Virus record (IMG/VR): IMGVR_UViG_3300028549_000249
Location: 23,986 to 87,985 of that record
Source: a virus
Lineage: Duplodnaviria > Caudoviricetes
Reading direction: 5' to 3' (one strand)
Length of the DNA stretch: 64,000 bases
A program made the translations under genes and the position numbers. How positions within the stretch are numbered: the first letter of the stretch is position 1; every line of letters starts with the position of its first letter. Positions 47,653-58,084 of the stretch are shown piece after piece. Below the pieces are notes generated by a model. The model had not been told where the DNA came from. It did no database searches and saw nothing but the letters and a program-made list of their open reading frames with translations.

Positions 47653-50600
47653 ATGTCCATTCCATCCATCGTTTGTGAAACGCTCCGAGACCGAGCGTCA
47701 ATGCTAGACGAGTTTTCCTGCGGGGAAGACGACGCCGAGCTTCTCCTCGAATACAAGGAAGAGGCTGAGGGTATCCAAGCCGCACTCGAAGCGGGCCTGC
47801 TCAACCGGATAGCCGCCGATTGCCTCATCTGGTATGCAGACCGAGACGGCTACTTCGAGGACCGCTCATGGCGCAGGCAAGTCAACCTCGCCTTCCACTC
47901 TGCGGGCATGCTGGAGAAGCATGACCCAAACACCATCCGCCTCGGCAGCAAACCAAAGCTGGTGGTGATCGAAGGAGAGAAATACGAATCCGCAATCTAA
48001 CACTTATGGCACTCGAACTCAAAACCGCGCCACCCGTCCCAAACAAGGTCGCGCTATTTCACTACCTGAAGACCTCCCGCATGGAGGCTCAGATATATGG
48101 GGCTGATCCACTGCCCGCCGCACTCGAAGAGGCAATCCTCGACGAACTCTGCAAGGAGAATCCACGCTCGCTAGACGAGATCCGCGCTCCCTTTACGGAA
48201 GCTCTCGCAAACCGCTACCGTGGCTGCGCCGATTAACTTATGAACAAGAACTACACCGAGGGCATTGACCCCAAGACTGGCGAATACTTCTACCGCGAGC
48301 ACAAGAGGAATGGCAGCCGCCCTACCCCGTTCATGCTCGACTTCATCAACCCTCGGCAGCAGCTCACAGGCTTGTGCTCTGAGGTGTGGATAGCCCGCAT
48401 TGAGGACATGATCCTCCACAAGAAAGCCCTGAAGATGCTGGGCGTCCTTCCCGACAACTACGAGCGGCGAGTCGAGAGGCAGATCAACCTGAAGGCCGTT
48501 ACCGCGATGGCTAGATTTAGAAAGAACCTTGAGTCGTGAGTTACGTCACCGCAATCGACAAAGACGGCAACACCATTCAGCTTCGGGGTGATCTAACACT
48601 AGAGGATCTGATGCGTATGGGTTTCGAGGTCCGGCTGCAAGCCAAGCCTCCAGTCCGGCCAACCATGGTCCTCCCGCTGCGGCGTGAGGAGATTGCCGAA
48701 CTCAAGCCCGTCCTGAAGACTCGGACCATGGAAGAGCGAATCAGCGACTACTGTGGGTTCAAGGTGGTTAGTAAGTCGCCGTTCATTCACCACGTAGCCT
48801 TATTCACTACAGGGAAGTTCGGCCAGTCCATCGTCCCTGTGATCATCCCAGCAAACATGACTAACGTCGCGCTGAAGGCTAAGTTGCCAGAGATCAAAAA
48901 GAAGCTGGTCGAGGCCATCCGCATGTCTGATGCAATCTACGAACTGAAGCACCGCAAGCGCGGTCCCTACAGCACGAAGAAGAATCCCAAGAAGCCAGCA
49001 CCCAAGTCATCAAAGGACCGAAAGAAATGAAGATCCGCCAACCATACAGATACCCTCTAACAGAGGAGAAGTTCAAGGCCCTACATAAAAGCCTGAAGGC
49101 GATATGTAAGTCATCGGACCTCCAATGCGACCTCGTAGATCGTAAGCCTCTCACCTATGGCTACAAGCTGGGTGTGTTCCTGTTAGGTTATCGGGTAGGC
49201 TTTTGCGGCGACGAGAAGGGGATCTCTGAAGCCAAGTGGGTCGAGGTCACTACGACCATCACCGCCCTGATCCTCGAAGCTATCCCAGAGGCGGAAATCC
49301 AAACCGACAATTTCAGTGAGACCAAGAAATTCGCCCTTAGATGGGAAGCCTACATACAAACCAGAGAACCCTAGTAGCCTACCGTCAATCCTATGAATTC
49401 ACACACCCCAACGTATCGCATCATCCTGCTATGCAGCAAAGATGATCCGAGGAAGCCGAAGAAGCGCCTCTTGCCTGAGAGGTTCACTAAGCGTCAGCAG
49501 GCCCGCAACTGGCTACGCAACAATTGGATGAAGCATGACGGCGAAGGTTTCCTGATCCGGCATCCTGATTTCACCGAGGAGCAAACCACCTACCTTAACA
49601 AGAAATGAATATCAGCCACGCCTACACGGGACAATGCCCGTCCTGCCATCTCACGAGAACAGAACTCACACCGAATGGGAGGACTAATACCATCCATCGC
49701 ACCTGCCATACGTGCAGGGCGAACATGGTCCTTCGTCGGGATGAGGCGCGAGACAAACCACTAAGGCAAGTTCACGACCTCAGGAGAGGCGTGTTCGGCA
49801 CGAGTATCGCAGACCTGATCATTGACAAATATCCAATAAAACCAGAACAATAAAGCAGCAACAATTATTTGATCCAGAGCCTAACATGCGATTCCGAGGC
49901 GCTGGTCATCGAAGGACCCACATGGGATCAGTGATGGAGGTAGTATGCGGGCTCCTTAAAATGCAACGCTTCCGGTGGCTCTTCGATCTATCAGCCGGAC
50001 GCGATGAACTCCAAGAAGCAACCCGTCGAGATCAAATCCGTGTGTGTCACATCGAAGCTGAAGGGCAAGTCGGTGCTCTATGACTTCCGGCTGGAGAAGG
50101 ATGCCAAGCATGCTCCGAGGCTGGCCTACGTGTTCGCCTGCCATCCTTCCGGTGGTAAGGGGCCCGCACGATGGGTGACTTCTTGGACCGTCTCTGTGGT
50201 CCGCTGGTCCTAGCTGTGGTTCCGGCATGGACGGTCCGCAAGCACGCCAAGGAGTTTCAGCTACGCACCATCAAATCCGAGAGGAAATCTAACAAGCGGG
50301 CTGGGTATGTGCGGGCTACATAGACGGGTATCGCAATCTTGAGGTGCATCACTACATCCGAGATGCCGAGTGCCTTGAGACACGAGAGTTCGAGCGGTGG
50401 GGTCGAAAGTTCTCCGCCGTGGTGATGCTCTACAAGAAGGACCCGTGGTCGCTCGACCCTGAAGATTTGACCGTCGGTCAAAATAATCTTCTAACAGTTG
50501 AAAATAATCCTTGCAAAGGTTTCGGATCTAGTCCATTCTACGTGTATGTCCAAGCGATCCATCCTCCGCAAAGTCAACTCCGCGCTCGCCGCACTTGGCC

Positions 50601-52017
50601 GAGTTTACCATCAGGGCCTCCCCTTGTCCGACATCGACGCCATCCTCGCCCCTTTCGATCTGAAGATGCAGGACGGAATCTACTGCGGCGACACTGGCGA
50701 GTGCGCCGAGTGCGTCGGCAACAATGTCTTCATGCGGATGCAGTGGTATCGCATGCCATCAGGACGCTTCGAGGTAACAGCTTACGTCTCCTAACATGAA
50801 CACTCCATTCAAGATTTCATTCAAGATGCAAAACGCGACAGGGCGCTATCGCTCCTTTCAGTTGAACTATTGCGACATCAAAGTGAACAAGCACGAGGTC
50901 GGAACCATCGCTGAACAGCGCGGTTCACGCGAGCTGGTCATCCGGCTGCAAGTGAAAGACGCCACCGTATACTGCGGGTGGAAGTGGGTTTCCCTCAGAC
51001 ACCGAGCCGAAGATTTCGTTTCGGCCAAGGCATACGTGAAGGAGAATCTCGAACGCATCCTTCGTGATGCGAAGCTCGAACTCAAAGACCCAGACTAACA
51101 TGAGCTGGTATCGCATCAGAACCACTCCAGAGCAGGAGGCTCAATTCGCCGCCGCCAAGGAGCAGCAGCGGGCTGATCTAACAGTAGGCAAGATCACCGT
51201 CCGCTGGAGCCAAGGTCGGTGCGGTTACGTCATCTGGTCCGGCAGGACGATGGTGCTCGGCCTTGAGATTTTCATCTCCGAGGCCGCTGCTTGGAACTGG
51301 CTGGAAGAAACCCACAACATAGTGATAGGGCAATGAAATCAACCCACCACTACCGGACATTCAAGACCTCAGGAATCCCGTGCTGCTTGACGGGGTTTGA
51401 ACGAATGAATGGAACCACACCGGAAGTTCTGGTAAGAACGCTGAGCAAGGTCGGGAAGGTCTACACCTCCGAGCCGATGACCTCAATCTGGATCGCTAAA
51501 GGATGTCTAACAGAAACCAAAACAAACCATGAGCCTAAAAATACAAATCGCAAGTCTCGCCGCACTCGAAAGATTGATCGGCGGTGATTCGACCATCGAA
51601 ATCGAAATCAGGAACTCCATCGTCCAAAACTTTGCCAACAAGCACCTGAAGGCGCTGGCGGGTGAAGCACTCGACGCGCGGTGCGTCGAACTGAAGAAGA
51701 ACCTAGCAGGTGAGGCCGAGAAGGTGCTCATCTCTCAGTTCGGCAGGCTGGAAGAGAACGGCAGGCATTACAAGCCGACGCTGGTCATCAACGAGGAAAC
51801 TCGCACAGCGTTAGCGAACGCTGCAAGCAGCGCAGCCGGAGAAGTCCGCACGGAGTTCATTGCACTTGTCGGCAGAACCATCACCAACATGATGATGACG
51901 CGCTTCTCGGAAGAACGGATAGAAAGGATGATCGATGAGCGATTCAAGCATGGGGTCGAGGAGATCGTTCGTGAGAAAGTCGAAGAACGACTCAAGGCGC
52001 TCAAGGATGCTCTTTGA
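47653..52017 (+). CDS. run of accessory hypothetical proteins (47653..48000, 48006..48236, 48240..48539, 48536..49030, 49027..49374, 49393..49608, 49605..49853, 50004..50213, 50546..50794, 50796..51098, 51100..51336, 51529..52017)
   Basis: Co-oriented small ORFs; 47653 and 50546 are leaderless starts. Confidence 0.65.
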
Positions 52018-52035
52018 TTCCAACCAACTCAAACC

Positions 52036-52296
52036 ATGATCTACTTCCAATACCTCAGCCTGTGCCTGCTTCTCGCCTCAGGGTTCGCTCAGGCTGCACC
52101 AGAGCAAGTCCGCGATGCTTCGGGCCGCCTCATCTATGAGAGCAAGGTCAAGCGTGACAGGCGAGGTAATGCGGTGATCGAAAAGCGGGACGCCTCAGGG
52201 AGGCTCATCTCTCAGGAGACTACGAACCGCAACGGATCAACCACTAGGGATGCCTCTGGTCGGTTGATCGAAACAAAGAAAAGAAACCAACGCTGA
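52036..52296 (+). CDS. small exported protein with three RDASGRLI repeats
   Basis: Signal-peptide-like N-terminus (LSLCLLLASGFAQA|A); repeats visible in translation. Confidence 0.65.
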   Translation: MIYFQYLSLCLLLASGFAQAAPEQVRDASGRLIYESKVKRDRRGNAVIEKRDASGRLISQETTNRNGSTTRDASGRLIETKKRNQR

Positions 52297-52361
52297 GCAT
52301 CTCACTATTGAATTGCAAAGGACTAACTTTCCGCTATCTTTCCGCTTGAGGGCACCCAACC

Positions 52362-53189
52362 ATGGCTAATTCTAACAACAACGACATCGACTTTTCTGGG
52401 TCAGCTCTGACCTTGGAGAAGCTGCTGAAGGCGAAGAAGTTCTTCATGGGGCACGATGATGATACTCCGCTGATGGTGCCAAAGCTCGGATGGGATGACA
52501 TTAAGGATCAACTAAAGGAGAAGAAGGTCAAGCCGTGGTCCGATGACATCTACTCAGATGAGATCATGTCGCCAATCGTCAAACTGGCCAAGAAGTATAC
52601 CGGAATCGCCGCCGACCCATCATCCGTAGCGGAATATCTTCAGAAGTGTGCGGACGAGAAGCAGGCGCAGGTCGAGAAATACAAGGCTGGGTGGGACGAA
52701 CCATTCATGCCTCAGCTCTACGAAGACTACTCTAAATATCCGGCCAAGATAATCGCAGCGATCAATGCGCTGAAGATACACACGACGGAGCAGAAGTCGT
52801 TTACGGACATGTATGGCAACACCACTGGTGTCGCCCATTTTGGAGGTAAGGTTCATGAGTTCATTGTCATGGAGTCTAGTCTGTCGATAGAATCTAGCGA
52901 CTCCTCGGAGTTATCGGTGGTGGTCGATGGGCCAGCCAACTTCGACACCTCTCTACTCTATGAGACGGTGATGGCCGCTTGCCCTTCCGCCATCATTACA
53001 CAGGCCGACGTCGAGTGGTCCAAATCCTACTCTACCATTAAGCTCATCATCTACCTGCCTAACAACAATAAGCCAATCTCCCCTACAAACTACAGGCCCA
53101 AGAAAAAGACCGAACCTCCAGCTCCAGTCGCTCCACCTAAAACACTGAAGGATAATCCTCGCAAACGCAAACGCACCATAGAACTCTAA
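52362..53189 (+). CDS. hypothetical protein (tail shared with 24070..24843)
   Basis: Behind the promoter at 52313; ends PPKTLKDNPRKRKRTIEL. Confidence 0.75.
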   Translation: MANSNNNDIDFSGSALTLEKLLKAKKFFMGHDDDTPLMVPKLGWDDIKDQLKEKKVKPWSDDIYSDEIMSPIVKLAKKYTGIAADPSSVAEYLQKCADEKQAQVEKYKAGWDEPFMPQLYEDYSKYPAKIIAAINALKIHTTEQKSFTDMYGNTTGVAHFGGKVHEFIVMESSLSIESSDSSELSVVVDGPANFDTSLLYETVMAACPSAIITQADVEWSKSYSTIKLIIYLPNNNKPISPTNYRPKKKTEPPAPVAPPKTLKDNPRKRKRTIEL

Positions 53190-53193
53190 CACC

Positions 53194-53712
53194 ATGGCAA
53201 TGATTTACGGAAAAAACAATATAGTGTTCGGAGTCAACCCGTCGCTCTCCGCCGAGCGCGTCAGCCTGCCTGACGATGTGGTATTCTGCAAAGTCGTGAT
53301 ACGACCTGATGACTTCGCACACGCATTCGTCATTCGTAGGAAGGGGTCCACTCTGATCACTGAGAAGTGGTATCTCGGAATAAGCGAGGAAGATGCTACC
53401 GTGATGATTCTCTCCATACTCGCCGAGTCTAACGGAAAATACAATGACGAGTGGGCTGAGATTGTCCGTGCTGGGCACCTTCAGACCATCATGCGTGGGG
53501 ACCTGCCAGTCGATGAGCGCGTGCTCATGTTCTGGCACGGCAGGTGGGGAATAGGGATTCTCGACTCCGGCCTGTCCCTCGGCTATCTGGTCCTCACGTT
53601 CGAGCAGGTCAGGCAATGCCGGATCTACGACAGGGCGGAGATCGAATACCTTCCATGGGTCCGCTTACCTGAACCCATTCAACAAGAAGAAAACAAAACT
53701 AACAAACAATAG
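53194..53712 (+). CDS. hypothetical protein
   Basis: 172-aa ORF, ACACCATG start context. Confidence 0.65.
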   Translation: MAMIYGKNNIVFGVNPSLSAERVSLPDDVVFCKVVIRPDDFAHAFVIRRKGSTLITEKWYLGISEEDATVMILSILAESNGKYNDEWAEIVRAGHLQTIMRGDLPVDERVLMFWHGRWGIGILDSGLSLGYLVLTFEQVRQCRIYDRAEIEYLPWVRLPEPIQQEENKTNKQ

Positions 53713-53713
53713 T

Positions 53714-53968
53714 ATGAGAATGATCGGAAACAAGGTCCTCGTCTTAATGAGGAAACGGCAGGAAACTGCGAGCGGGATTGCTATCCCTACGCAGTGGCGG
53801 ACAGTCGAACAATGGGGCGAAGTGAAGTCCGTGGGCGATAAGGTCACCACCATCAAAGAGGGTGATCTGGTGTTCGTTGAGAGCACCCAAGGAACCCACT
53901 TCGCCAAAGGCGAGGATGATTTCATCATTCTCGAAGAGGATAAGGTCAAAGCCAAACTGGAGGAATAA
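53714..53968 (+). CDS. groES: co-chaperonin GroES (Cpn10)
   Basis: GNKVLV, ETASGIAIP, GEVKSVG, KEGDLV, FIILEEDKV. Confidence 0.88.
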   Translation: MRMIGNKVLVLMRKRQETASGIAIPTQWRTVEQWGEVKSVGDKVTTIKEGDLVFVESTQGTHFAKGEDDFIILEEDKVKAKLEE

Positions 53969-54004
53969 CACCATGCCGATCCTGAATGCGAACTCATCGA
54001 AGTG

Positions 54005-54172
54005 GTGAAGCTGCGTGAGACTGAGAAGTCAGTCTTCGTGCGGAGCCTCGAAGATCCAAAGAAGGAAGCGCACTTCCCTCTATCCGAAACACGGTGGTCC
54101 AAGTTCAACGCCCACAGCAAGGTCGGTCTTCTCGAAGTCCCGACTTGGTTGCTTGACGACAGGGATTGGTAA
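54005..54172 (+). CDS. small hypothetical protein
   Basis: RETEKSVFV..HFPLS..LEVPTWL; GTG overlaps the stop of an 11-codon ORF from 53973. Confidence 0.45.
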   Translation: MKLRETEKSVFVRSLEDPKKEAHFPLSETRWSKFNAHSKVGLLEVPTWLLDDRDW

Positions 54173-54222
54173 CCAGCGCCCGACTATCATCGAATCTAAC
54201 TAAACGACTACAACTACAAAAT

Positions 54223-54570
54223 ATGAAATCACTATTCCAAACCATCGGCATCCTTGCGCTACTCATAATTACCGTCGTGGTATTAGGCGGCCTAGGGTGG
54301 GTCCTAACAGGAAACGACTTGGCGATGACCAAGTTCTTCGCCCCGAAGTATGAGCAAGTTCGCCGCGAGACGTTCGAGCAATCGAAAGCCTACCGTCAGG
54401 GGACAATCCAAGAGCTGCAAAACATGCAGTTCAAATACGAGCAAGCAGAACCAGCTCATAAGGCCGCTCTTGCCGCCATCATTCTCCGCCGCGCAGCGGA
54501 CTTTGAAGACCTACCACCGGACTTGCGCGGGTTCGTGCAACAACTGAAGAATACCCAAAAACAATACTGA
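54223..54570 (+). CDS. membrane-anchored coiled-coil protein
   Basis: N-terminal transmembrane helix, then APKYEQVRRETFEQSKAY. Confidence 0.7.
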   Translation: MKSLFQTIGILALLIITVVVLGGLGWVLTGNDLAMTKFFAPKYEQVRRETFEQSKAYRQGTIQELQNMQFKYEQAEPAHKAALAAIILRRAADFEDLPPDLRGFVQQLKNTQKQY

Positions 54571-54571
54571 T

Positions 54572-55072
54572 ATGAAAGTGAAACTCGCATTAGCATTCAT
54601 CGCCCTACTCCTGTCCTCATGCCTTGAGGTTAGCACCAGCAGCGACTCCGAGGAGCAGAATAATCAGGAGAAAATCCTCCGAGAGGGAGTCTCGGCGGTT
54701 GGTCTTCCGGCCATCATAAACTTCCGCGAGAAGCGCCTGCTCAAGGACATCATTGAGATGCGGGACCAAGAAGGACTAACAACCTTCACCTACATCGTCG
54801 CAGAGCAAACCGGAAAACTGATCTTCTTAGGTGAAAGCATCGGTTACGGGATTCCGGCTGCGACTCAGTTCACTAATCCGCAAAAGATTGCTGAGAGGAA
54901 CACATACCAAAGTGGCTCCTACGCAATCCTCCCTCAGGCCGACCCTAACGGGCTGTTCTCTCCAGCTTCGGCAGAAGGAACGTGGGTGATCATGCGGGAC
55001 CGCAACGGTAACGCCACGCTGCCAGTTTACATCGAACCTCGTGTGATCGTGTCACCCTTCCGCTTGGATTGA
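54572..55072 (+). CDS. putative lipoprotein
   Basis: Lipobox LLLSSC; GYGIP..TQFTNP, PQADPNGLF..GTWV. Confidence 0.75.
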   Translation: MKVKLALAFIALLLSSCLEVSTSSDSEEQNNQEKILREGVSAVGLPAIINFREKRLLKDIIEMRDQEGLTTFTYIVAEQTGKLIFLGESIGYGIPAATQFTNPQKIAERNTYQSGSYAILPQADPNGLFSPASAEGTWVIMRDRNGNATLPVYIEPRVIVSPFRLD

Positions 55073-55083
55073 ACTAACACACC

Positions 55084-55731
55084 ATGCAAACGGAAAAAGA
55101 GAAAGTAGCGGCTATCGAGACGATAGTCGCAAACTCCGCCCGTGAGGACGCGATGCCTGACGATGCTCCCCGTGTGAACGCCTACGTCTGCGACAAATGC
55201 GGAACCGTGGCTTACTGCGTGGATGTATCCGAGGGCACGACCCCGATGGTTATCCCGTGCTTGTCTTCAGATGGCTCCAAGATCGTCCTCCTCGGGGGCG
55301 GTAAGGCGCATAGTTGCTCGGGCAACATGAAGAGCGCGTGGTATTCAGTCCGTCCGGGAGATGTGGACCTCGTGTCCATCCCCTACGAATGGCGGGCGGC
55401 TACCATTGAGAAATACAAGCAGTTCAAGAAGACGAGGCCAGCCTTGGCTGATCACATCATGAACGGCGGGCTGATGCTCCACAAGAGGACTAACAGCAAC
55501 GGCCCAATCCTAACCCATGGTGGTTTCTACATCAGGCCGGACGGCTCCCGCCTTACCGAGGATGAGGAGGATTCCATGATGTCAGGGATCGAAAGACTCA
55601 AGGTGTTCCTCAAGTTGGAGCTTACCATGATGAAGCGCGAGGCGAAGGAGCGTGACAACCATCGCGCTGCCAAAGTGAAGAAGCGTCGTGAGGCAAACAA
55701 GCGTGCCCGCTCCGCCCGAAGGAGAAGCTGA
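55084..55731 (+). CDS. hypothetical protein with zinc-ribbon-like motif and basic tail
   Basis: YVCDKCG; KVKKRR..ARSARRRS. Confidence 0.65.
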   Translation: MQTEKEKVAAIETIVANSAREDAMPDDAPRVNAYVCDKCGTVAYCVDVSEGTTPMVIPCLSSDGSKIVLLGGGKAHSCSGNMKSAWYSVRPGDVDLVSIPYEWRAATIEKYKQFKKTRPALADHIMNGGLMLHKRTNSNGPILTHGGFYIRPDGSRLTEDEEDSMMSGIERLKVFLKLELTMMKREAKERDNHRAAKVKKRREANKRARSARRRS

Positions 55732-55770
55732 GCTTGACGTAGGCCCATTCCTTAGCCATTCTGCCCACCA

Positions 55771-56610
55771 ATGAAAACGAACCCAAGCAGAAGTATCATC
55801 CTGATTGAGAACCCGTTGTGTGGCAACCTCAGTATGGCTAAGGGAATGGGTTTGACCGTCGGTCAAATGAAGTGGGCGGTCCCGTCAGCGGTTAGGGCTG
55901 AGGTCGGTGCCGATGTCTGGAAGGCTGCACTCAAGGCGGTGATGGTCTCGGTTCCGCTCGACCGATTCTACACTGGAGTCGCTTTGTCGGTGGTCACCAC
56001 GGAGGGGCGGTTGGTAGATGCTGGAGCGAACGAGGAGTTCATCGCTCTGGTAGACGAGATCCGCGAGGAGTCCGCCGAGGCCCGCGCTTCCCGTGTCCTC
56101 GCCCACCTGAAGCAGAACGGGTTTGAGGGTTCCCCTGTGTGGTTCCGCCCACAGAAGGAGTGGTTAGCTTCAAAGTTCGATCTGGTGATCGCTACTCACT
56201 TGATGCACGAGTTCTTCAACACGCATCCTGACTTCCGAGTTTCGGTGAAGTTCTTCCCTGCCATCAACAGAGGGTGGAAGGTGGCCAAGCTCAACAAGGA
56301 CGACCTGCCTTTGTTCCGCGAGGTGTATGCTGAGGACGAGACTCTATTCCGCCGCCTGATGGTTTACTCGCCACGACCTGAGAAGGTCCGCCTCATCTAC
56401 GGCTACTGCGCCACATGCGTTGCGCCTGCAAAACCCGAACTCGCGCCTATCGACCTGACATCCAAGGATGAAGAGGTTTCCGAGCCGATTCCGGTGGTCG
56501 AAGTGGCCGAGTATTCGCCAGAATCCGGCTCAGAGGTTGCTGAGGATGCACCTGATGAGGAGTCGGGTGATCAAGGCCCTAAAACTAAAAAGAAGCGTAG
56601 GCTTTCCTAG
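55771..56610 (+). CDS. hypothetical protein
   Basis: 279 aa; contains the palindrome 55851; TTGACG-17-CATTCT promoter upstream. Confidence 0.7.
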   Translation: MKTNPSRSIILIENPLCGNLSMAKGMGLTVGQMKWAVPSAVRAEVGADVWKAALKAVMVSVPLDRFYTGVALSVVTTEGRLVDAGANEEFIALVDEIREESAEARASRVLAHLKQNGFEGSPVWFRPQKEWLASKFDLVIATHLMHEFFNTHPDFRVSVKFFPAINRGWKVAKLNKDDLPLFREVYAEDETLFRRLMVYSPRPEKVRLIYGYCATCVAPAKPELAPIDLTSKDEEVSEPIPVVEVAEYSPESGSEVAEDAPDEESGDQGPKTKKKRRLS

Positions 56611-56661
56611 GCTCGACAACGGACCAGAGTGGGACATACTCACCAAGACCTAATCAACGCC

Positions 56662-58074
56662 ATGCCTAACGTCCTTTCTCGACTAAAACAAGTTTTCTCC
56701 AAGGAGCAAGAGCTTGACCTATCGGAAGCTACAAGCTCAGAGCTTGCCATGATGTCCCGACTTCCAGGACGCAAGGAGCGGGATTACATTGAGATGAGGC
56801 TCGGTGTTCCGATCAATAAGTTCTCGGACTTCTCCTCTTTCCTCTCATGCGGTAACAAAAACGTATGGGCGACATTCCGTGCCTGCCGGATCATCGCGTC
56901 AGTCATGGTTAGTGCTCAGTTCAAGCTCGTCAGTGAGCGTGACACCAGCGATGAGTTTGCTCGCAGAAGCGCATGGTTCCTCCAACGGCCAAACCCCTAC
57001 GACTCGTGGGAAGAGATCATGGAGATGTGGGTCTTCCACATGGAGTTGGTCGGTAACGTATACTGGCTCAAGGATGAACTCGACCTCTATGGTCGCCCCA
57101 AGGCAATCTACCCGCTGCTACCTCAATACGTGCGCGTGGTCCCTGATGCGAAGACCAAGATCGCCAAATACATCTACCATGTCCAAGGCAGGGAGATCCA
57201 TTTCCTCCCTGAGGACATCATCCACTTCAAGTCGGTCAACCCGACTAACATGCTGATCGGCATGGGTTCCATTGAACCGTCCCAGAGCATCTATAACAAC
57301 TTCATCAACAAGAACGTCCTCGAAGAGAAGTTCATGGAGAACGGTGCTCAGCCGTCCGGCATCCTTGTCCGTGAGGATGCGGTTGAGAACCAGCCTCAGT
57401 GGGAAGCCCTGAAGAAGAAGTTCATCGCCAACTACGGAGGTAAGAAGAACGTCGGCAAGACAGCATTCCTAAATGGCAAGTGGCAATACCATAAACTCGG
57501 TCTGTCCATGATCGAGATGCAATCGCTGGACCGCGAGAAGTGGGGCATCGAGCAAATCTTCCTCAACCACGGAGTGCCGCTTTCCGTCGCTGGTATTGAC
57601 GGCGCTTCCAACTACGCTACCGCCCGTCAGGACGAGATCAACTTCCGCCGCTACAAGGTGGTGCCACTGATCGATCTGTTAGTTGGCAAGATCAACTCCG
57701 ATGGATTCTTCCGCGCCCCCACGGAGGAGCACATCTCGTTAGGCTATGAGATGTCCGGCCTAGTGGACGTCGAACAGGTGTTGAAGGAATACCTTCCGAT
57801 GCTGAAGGCTGGCGTGATGACTGGCAATGAACTCCGCGAGCTCGCTGGACTGCCCTTGTCGGACAACATCATGCTGGACCAGTTCTTGATTCCCTCGAAC
57901 CTCATGCCGATTGAGATGGCAGGCTTCGGGGATCCGGCCTCCGCACTTGAGGGCGCTCAAGGAGGCAATGGCGACCCAGCTAACTTGGACGACAATATCG
58001 ACCCCGCCACGGGCAAGCCTATTGAGGACCCACCTAAGCCTCCGGTTCCACCGAAGGCTGCAAAACGTCGCTGA
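56662..58074 (+). CDS. portal protein (HK97-type)
   Basis: RPNPY, LVGNVYW, IYPLLP, IIHFK, NGAQPSGIL, IFLNHGVP. Confidence 0.92.
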   Translation: MPNVLSRLKQVFSKEQELDLSEATSSELAMMSRLPGRKERDYIEMRLGVPINKFSDFSSFLSCGNKNVWATFRACRIIASVMVSAQFKLVSERDTSDEFARRSAWFLQRPNPYDSWEEIMEMWVFHMELVGNVYWLKDELDLYGRPKAIYPLLPQYVRVVPDAKTKIAKYIYHVQGREIHFLPEDIIHFKSVNPTNMLIGMGSIEPSQSIYNNFINKNVLEEKFMENGAQPSGILVREDAVENQPQWEALKKKFIANYGGKKNVGKTAFLNGKWQYHKLGLSMIEMQSLDREKWGIEQIFLNHGVPLSVAGIDGASNYATARQDEINFRRYKVVPLIDLLVGKINSDGFFRAPTEEHISLGYEMSGLVDVEQVLKEYLPMLKAGVMTGNELRELAGLPLSDNIMLDQFLIPSNLMPIEMAGFGDPASALEGAQGGNGDPANLDDNIDPATGKPIEDPPKPPVPPKAAKRR

Positions 58075-58084
58075 TTCTAACATC

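Noticed and set aside
57911-58084. Longer upstream start for the head morphogenesis gene
   Set aside because: Overlaps the portal 3' end; ATG 58085 follows the usual CTAACATC-ATG context
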